A stretch of DNA of 63,953 nt, filler included, from Globobulimina sp. (lineage: Eukaryota), in assembly GCA_003354225.1 (NCBI GenBank). It is 28 parts of 28 records of this genome, joined end to end, with 100 filler letters (N's around TTAATTAATTAA, not from the genome) between each part and the next. Parts side by side here need not be neighbours in the genome. Positions count along the whole stretch, not along the records: positions 57,196 to 59,381 come from PIVH01008339.1; positions 59,482 to 61,667 come from PIVH01008340.1; positions 61,768 to 63,953 come from PIVH01008341.1; 25 more parts are not named here. One strand, written 5' to 3'. Position 1 is the first letter of the stretch; each line of letters begins with the position of its first letter. Positions 57,196-63,953 of this stretch are shown piece after piece. The translations under genes and the position numbers were made by a program. The notes under the pieces were generated by a model that saw only the letters and a list, made by a program, of their open reading frames with translations, had not been told where the DNA came from and did not search any database.

Positions 57196-59381
57196 ATTAA
57201 ACCGGTGAAGACTGCGAAAAACAATATAAATCGTCAGATACTGAAATTATATGTTAAATTGCCGGAATCAGTGCAGGATTATATGTTGATGGCTGATTTT
57301 AACATTGACAAACCAGGCTTTTCTGAATCGTCCAAAAAGTATGATATTTATACCCGTGACACTTCGCAGGCGAATCATGAGGAATATTATATGGAAGAGG
57401 CAGAAGCCGAGAATCCTGAGCAAGATTATCGTGGATATGAGAATAAGCGGCGAATGGCAGATATTTATGACAAATATCTTTATGAGATGGATAAAGACGG
57501 AATTCCAAAACATGTTAGGAAAAGCACTGTACATTTCGCACCAGAACACGACATTGTACACGAACCACTACTCCCGAAGAAACCACCGGTAATTAGAGCG
57601 AAAAGTAGAAGATCAGTCGGACGCAGGGCCGCGCATAAAGTTCATAAAAGAACTAAAAGTGCAGCGAAGAGTATGACCCACGTTCTGAAAAAAGGTACGT
57701 ACCGCAGCGGAAAAGCAACAATCAAAACGAAAAACATGTACAAACAAAAAAGGTGCGAGCAGTGTCGGTCGGAGTTTGGGCAAACTGGTGTCGTGGATAA
57801 CGAATAAAAAAGAAAAACCGCCCCAGATAACGCCCGAATTTGCCGGCTCTTTTGTCGAGAAAGAGTTCACGGACGAAGCAGAGGCAGAGGGTTCGTCGGC
57901 CGATCCAGGCTTTGACGAACCAGCCAGAGCCACCAAGACTTTATTCCAGAAAGAATTCAAAGCAAACGTGGATGTAGCGGGGGAGATTATCGCGGCAAAA
58001 CAAGAGTGGGGGCCAATTACTCTTGAGGTGGATGGACAGGTGACCTTCTCCGCCGAGGCGATATTGAAGCTCAATCTGGACTTTGAGGGCAAGTTCCATT
58101 GGTTGCATTTATTCAAAAAGAGTGACGCTGGCAAAGCCACGTTCGATTTGAAACTTATCGGCACTGTGGACGCCACGGCAAACTTCCACTTGAACGCCAA
58201 AGCGAGTGCCAAAGTGACGGGCAAATTCCCCGAAATCAGTCAAGGTTTTTGGATTGCTGCGGGTCCCGTACCCATCTATTTTCGGCCCTATGTCGGGCTC
58301 TCCCTCTCGTTGGAAATTACACCATTAGAATTTGACTTTACTGTGGATGCAAAATACAAACAAGTGATTACGTGGAGTTATCTTTATTATCGTAAGAGGG
58401 TGGCACGCAGCGACGATTACACAAAGGATCCGGCGGCTCCCGAGGTAAACAACGGTTTTACTGTCACAAAAGCGCGGCCAACCAAAGATTTTGATGTTAC
58501 AATGTCGTTATCCAATGGCAATGGGGATGCATGTAAGGTTGAGCTTGGTGTGACGTTAGCTATTAAGCCCGAGGTAGGGCTGGAAGTGTACTGGGCGTTG
58601 GGGGTGAAGGCTGAGTTCGAGTTAAAGGCGCCGATAATGTTTACTGTGGAGATACCGAGAGCTGGGCCACTGTGCGGAAATGATAAAGCCGCTGTATGCG
58701 GAGATAAAAGTGGTTCGGTAACGGGTGATATGACTGCATTGCCATCGTGGAAGCTTGATCTCGCGGTCAAAGTTAGCGCCTATGTGAAAATGCCTAATTT
58801 TTTGAAGATTATTAAACAAGCGTATGTATTGAAGAAGATTGTGCAGGGAGTGGTTGCTGATTTGCTTGCAATTGCAACGACTGTGGATAATATCAACATT
58901 AGGACGCATTTACAACAAATTCAAACTGGTTTGACCAAAATGAAAAGTGGAGAAGCGAGGGAAGGTTTGGGTGACGTCCTTAAGGGGATGCTTGCAATTC
59001 GAAAAATGGCCAAAGGCCTGGAAAGAGGCTATACTAGCAATAAAGCGAGAATTGATAAACGGATGGGACAAATTGAAGAGTTTTATAATGCCATGGCTGA
59101 GATTATTGGTAATCCATTGGGAATAACTCACGCGGCCGTCGATCATACGTTTGGCTGGCCTATAATTGGGGAACTAACGCATCCTGATAAATGTGTTACT
59201 ATTCCTGGTGCGTCGGCGATTGCGCGGCTTATTCGGGAGGGTTGTTGTCCGAGGTTGTTTGATGCGCGTTTTGAGCAGTTTGACGATTGGTATTATGGCG
59301 GATATGATGCGTATAATGAATATGGCGGAGATAGGGCGGTGGTGCCTGTGGTGCGTAGACCGCCTTCGCTTTCGAACAATC
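57196..59381 (+). CDS. Large hypothetical protein in two overlapping frames (57205-57807 and 57776-59381), beta-rich central region
   Basis: Two long ORFs with similar GC-richer codon usage overlapping by 32 nt. Confidence 0.55.
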
Positions 59382-59529
59382 NNNNNNNNNNNNNNNNNNN
59401 NNNNNNNNNNNNNNNNNNNNNNNNNTTAATTAATTAANNNNNNNNNNNNNNNNNNNNNNNNNNNNNNNNNNNNNNNNNNNNTAATTTTCTCATTTTTTAT
59501 TTTATTTTTAATAATTTATATTGTTGACA

Positions 59530-60242
59530 GACGAAAAGAAGACAATGATGATTTGGACAAAACAACATTTTATTACTATGTTATTTATTGTTATAAACCA
59601 TCACATTGGTATTGGGAGTTGGTATTATTTTTACGCCGATTGATATTTGCATTTGTGTTTATTGTATTTGATAATAAAAATTTAAAAATGAGTATGGGAA
59701 TATTGTTAGTTATTTATTTATATATTCATGCATTTTCTATTCCTTTTCAATGGAAAGACGCCAATATGTTGGAAGCATATTTAATTGGCGCTGCCGCAGT
59801 GATAGTATTTATCGACATCAATCAAAGTAGTTTGAACGTATCATATCGCGATGTGGTACTCTCAATTTTAATTTTATTTCCATTAATTTGGTATTTGTAT
59901 TTTATGATTTCTCGATGTAAGTCCTTAGGTAATACTGATTCGAAGAACAGCAATATTAATATGTACCAGCCAGTACCGGCCGGCGGTAATAGTCAAGGCA
60001 ACGTACATATTGCTATGGGAAAGGAAGTAGGAGTTGAAATGTGTGCGAATCCATTGAATACAATGAAATATCAATTGCAAACATCAGAGGTTGAAGAGGT
60101 TGAAGAGGATGAAGAGGTTGAAGAGGATGAAGAGGTTAAAGAGGTTGAAGTGGGTGAAGATAATAATAAACTCGAAGAAATGTATCAGGATGAATTGGAT
60201 GGTGTTCCTAACTTGGAGAAATATAAGAGCTTAAAGCTCTGA
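59530..60242 (+). CDS. Multi-pass membrane protein C-terminus with an acidic EEVEED repeat tail
   Basis: YKPSHWYWELVLFLRRL, PF.....N.LE; four TM segments. Confidence 0.7.
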
Positions 60243-60373
60243 TTGACTCCATACAAAATAAGTATTTTAATATAGTTCTTTTTATATTATTAATTGTAGT
60301 GTTGTGTTTTTTATTATTTGTTTTTGACGAAAGAAAAAAAAAACTTCTTGGCCAAATCCTGCTTTACTTTATT

Positions 60374-61667
60374 ATGTCTTGGCCAAATCCAGCTGAATTT
60401 GGAGCATATATGCCTAAATTAAACGAAAATTATGAAGGCGATCCTGGTTACATTGGGTCTCCTATCATGAAATACAATGAATGCAATCATGGTATGCCAC
60501 TCGCAATCGATACATATCAAAATGTTGGTGACATCATTTATAAATTATACGCTATTAACCATGGAACAATTCCTAAACCATATCCAAAACCAAATTATAG
60601 TTTGAAAGACCCATTTGAGGATCCAGCACACACAGAGTGGGAACATCATATCAAACATACATTATTTTGTCAAAATTGTTGGTTTGATTTATTGCCGTAT
60701 CTACATCAATTATTAACACACATAAATCAAGATTTAAATTTAAAATGTACTCATAAACATCAATACATTGCCTATGTCAAAACAGAACAACCTTTAATCC
60801 ATTTACTATTTGTAAATGAAATGATACGCTTTCCATTTATTATGAAATATATATTACAAAATAGATTATTGTATAAATTGCTGTTTGATTATTATTTAAA
60901 ATTATTACAAATTATATATGGTCGCTCCGATATTTTCGTTTATCCCAAATACGAGGATCATGCAATAATTACAGAATTTAAAATAGTTTTTCAAGATTTA
61001 CCGTTTGCAAAGTCATGCATATTTTGGAAGAAAAAGCATAGGAATTATCTCTTGAAGAGGCAGTTCAAAAAGTTGTTAACAAAGGAAATTGTTAACAATT
61101 TTATATTGCAAAAGAAGGAAAATTTATGGATTGGACCCTCCAATATATTATCGTTGGTGACAGCTTTTGACTATTCATCAAAGAACAAACTGTTACATAA
61201 TAAATTTGAAAAACGAACTTTTATTCGAAAAATAATGCAATGCGTTTTGCCCATTCATATAACCGATACAAATCTCGATCATGTGATGCTACGCATTTTC
61301 AATGATAAGTCAGATAAGAATCTAATGTTCGAATTCAGTGATGCGTGGATCGCAAAATTAATTCATTTGGTATATAATGAAAAGAAAAGAAATAAAAAGA
61401 ATGAAAAATGGTTGGAAGTAGCATCCAAATATAAATTGCATTATAAAATGATGAAAATGTGTTTTAATCCAAGATGTTGTATTAGAAAATATAAAAAAAA
61501 GAATGTCAAAACTATGAAAGACTCATATTTGTTTTTAATGCAGCCCCACATCAAACAAATGAAAGAGTTAAAGAAGAGAAAGTTTTATAAATGTAAAGGC
61601 TGTTTGATTGCAGTATATTGCTCCATAAGACGTCAAAAAATACATTGGAATAAATTCGATCATGGCA
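60374..61667 (+). CDS. MYND-type zinc finger protein, 3' truncated
   Basis: CFNPRC...FYKCKGCLIAVYCSIRRQKIHWNKFDH. Confidence 0.75.
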
Positions 61668-61767
61668 NNNNNNNNNNNNNNNNNNNNNNNNNNNNNNNNN
61701 NNNNNNNNNNNTTAATTAATTAANNNNNNNNNNNNNNNNNNNNNNNNNNNNNNNNNNNNNNNNNNNN

Positions 61768-62677
61768 GACTATCTTTAAAGATTTTAAAATTGAGGAAAA
61801 ATTTAATTCATATTCATTAAAAAAAAAATGTATCAAATATATCCGTATTCGGTTCATAAAATCTATGGATTGGAATGCAAAATTATCACCAAAATATCTA
61901 GGGAAATTAAATTTGATTTGCTTACCAGACATAAAACAATTATACATTGAGTATTTAAGTATAAATAGCAATAATTTTACCAGTATATTCAACAAAATGT
62001 GTAATATGATGTTTTGTGAATTATTTGCGAACGTAAAAAGTATAAATTATATTCAATTAATAAATAAAACAGAACCAAAACAAGATTTTACGTGGAAACT
62101 ACAGTCTTTTAATCATGTTATTTCTTCATTAAATAATTTTAATCGTCTTCGGATTCCATGTTGGAATCAAAATATATTTAATCCCAAAATATATTCATTA
62201 AAATACGATTCATTCAATTTCAACACGGTTCGGAATATTGAATATATTTATTTATCTGATATGAGGTTCGACAATTTTTCCTCGTTATTACCAAATGACA
62301 ATGCTGGGATCGAAGCAGTGAGTTATTTTCAACAATTACAAAAATTAAAAGGTATTATTTTAATATTTGGTGAAGATCCAACAAAAAAACATCAAGAAAT
62401 GATATCTGTTTCAGAGTCTATCATATCTTTATTAGAAATGTTATGTGACAGCATCCAATATCTTATTATTGGCGTTAATAAATTAGATGAAATTCTTCAT
62501 AATCCATTTATTGAAACTAATGCACAATACAATGATTACATGGCCATGGATGATATGAATATATTACCTGAATGTTATAAGTTATATGAATTTAATTATG
62601 CATTTAAACAAGAAATAAATAAGATATTTTGGACAGATTATGTGAATCCTGATGAGGTATGTTCGGCAAATGTATGA
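61768..62677 (+). CDS. Hypothetical protein exon, may splice to the 62882 ORF
   Basis: Open frame of at least 270 aa; GAG/GTATGT donor-like site near 62657. Confidence 0.5.
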
Positions 62678-62881
62678 AATCTGCTGTGTGTGCAAAGCAA
62701 GCATGGTTATGATCCACTAACTAACTTCAAAATGTTTTCACTTAAACACACCTTGAAATTTCATGCATTTTTCATAAATAATTTATCGATCTCCGATTAG
62801 AAATATAAAGATGAAAAAAAAATAGATATTCTGAAACAAAGAGAAGAAAAACAAAAAGCACTGCAAGATGTTATAAAGAAT

Positions 62882-63550
62882 ATGATTCAGTTTGAAATTA
62901 AAAACCAAGCACCGAAAGCACAGCAATTAATGAATGTCGATATTGGAGATGATGAGGACAATGAAGATGAAGATGATTATTCATCGTCGTCGTCAAGTCA
63001 TAGTATTGATAATGCACATTATTACATGGCACGAGGTGATGTAACTGATGATGACGAGGATGAAAAGGATGAGAAAGAAAATAAAATACATAAATTACAA
63101 GATTTAGGTGATAAATTGGCGAGTTATAATGAGCAAAAAAACAGATCCAAATATAAAGCAAGAGAGGGGAGGACAGCATTTATAGTGATCTATAATACAC
63201 AGATTTATATTGAACAAGATGCGGTATTCGGAGCGAATGATAATCGGATACCAATAAATAAAGATGCCGCGGGACAATGGCAATGTCCATTTTGTACAGT
63301 GTGGAATGCTCGACATAGTACGCGATGTGAAATGTGTCGCAAAAAAAAGACAAGATATATACCACAACAGGTCTTAATGCAACAACAACAAATTGAACAA
63401 CAGAAACAATATCGGAATATGGCGAATATGGTTGGATATAATGATGATGCTGTTTTAGGTGGCCATGGATGGAAATGCCCTGTTTGTCAGGCTGGGAATG
63501 ATGATAATGATAAAAATTGCAAATTATGTACGCTTGAAAGGCCCATATAA
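62882..63550 (+). CDS. Protein with two RanBP2-type zinc fingers
   Basis: WQCPFCTVWN......CEMC and WKCPVCQAGN......CKLC. Confidence 0.8.
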   Translation: MIQFEIKNQAPKAQQLMNVDIGDDEDNEDEDDYSSSSSSHSIDNAHYYMARGDVTDDDEDEKDEKENKIHKLQDLGDKLASYNEQKNRSKYKAREGRTAFIVIYNTQIYIEQDAVFGANDNRIPINKDAAGQWQCPFCTVWNARHSTRCEMCRKKKTRYIPQQVLMQQQQIEQQKQYRNMANMVGYNDDAVLGGHGWKCPVCQAGNDDNDKNCKLCTLERPI

Positions 63551-63953
63551 TGAATGCATTCACTTGTCAGAGGTTCTTAAGATCTTATAAAATTATGTAT
63601 AATTTATATTTTAATGATTGGTTGTTTGAAATTTACCATTACATGTTGTCGAAGTGATTAATTTCTTAAAGTTTTGAAGAACAATTCTATTTAAAAACCT
63701 TTAGTCTCAACCTTAACGCTATATTCCAAAAGAATGAAAAGATAACCCCCTCCCCCGATAAGCTGTATACATTTGATTCAATTATCTGAGAAACGCGTTG
63801 CAAATCCAGAAACGGTTTTCTATAGGTTTGTCTTGGGTTTGTTCTGTGTTTGTTATAACTTTGTCTTGGGTTTGCTAATCCAGAACAAAGTCAGAACAAA
63901 TTTATAATTGAACCAAATGTATACAAAGGGGTGGGGTTTCTCGTTCAAACATT

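Noticed and set aside
57613-58224. 203-aa antisense ORF, and the many other short ORFs overlapping real genes
   Set aside because: Shadow frames of stronger coding sequences, with no motifs of their own

Overview
This is not one continuous locus. It is 28 unrelated contigs of almost identical length (about 2.19 kb), joined by 27 artificial 100-nt linkers (N-run, TTAATTAATTAA, N-run), so adjacency across a linker carries no meaning. Most contigs come from an AT-rich, gene-dense eukaryote with short (about 53-120 nt) GT-AG introns. The gene style suggests a protist, possibly a foraminiferan/rhizarian; that is an inference, not proven here. Recognisable genes: GNS-like sulfatase, ABCC transporter, ALG2, carbohydrate sulfotransferase, ATAD2-like ATPase, Rac-like GTPase, MARCH-type E3, CAMK, THADA-like, DH-PH RhoGEF, UBA1, RPAP3-like, PPR-SMR, and a tRNA-Thr(UGU). 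Several contigs look chimeric or foreign. Best leads: (1) an FMRP/FXR-like Agenet-Agenet-KH0 module fused to a RING finger; (2) a probably GTPase-impaired Rac carrying an inserted SOCS/F-box-like motif also present in a SPRY-like protein; (3) an unidentified ~230-nt highly structured RNA beside tRNA genes; (4) a C5-methyltransferase tail between ~140-bp inverted repeats; (5) a 330-nt bulged hairpin; (6) a recurrent TACTAG(T) motif near start codons. No complete multi-gene system can be shown from fragments this short.
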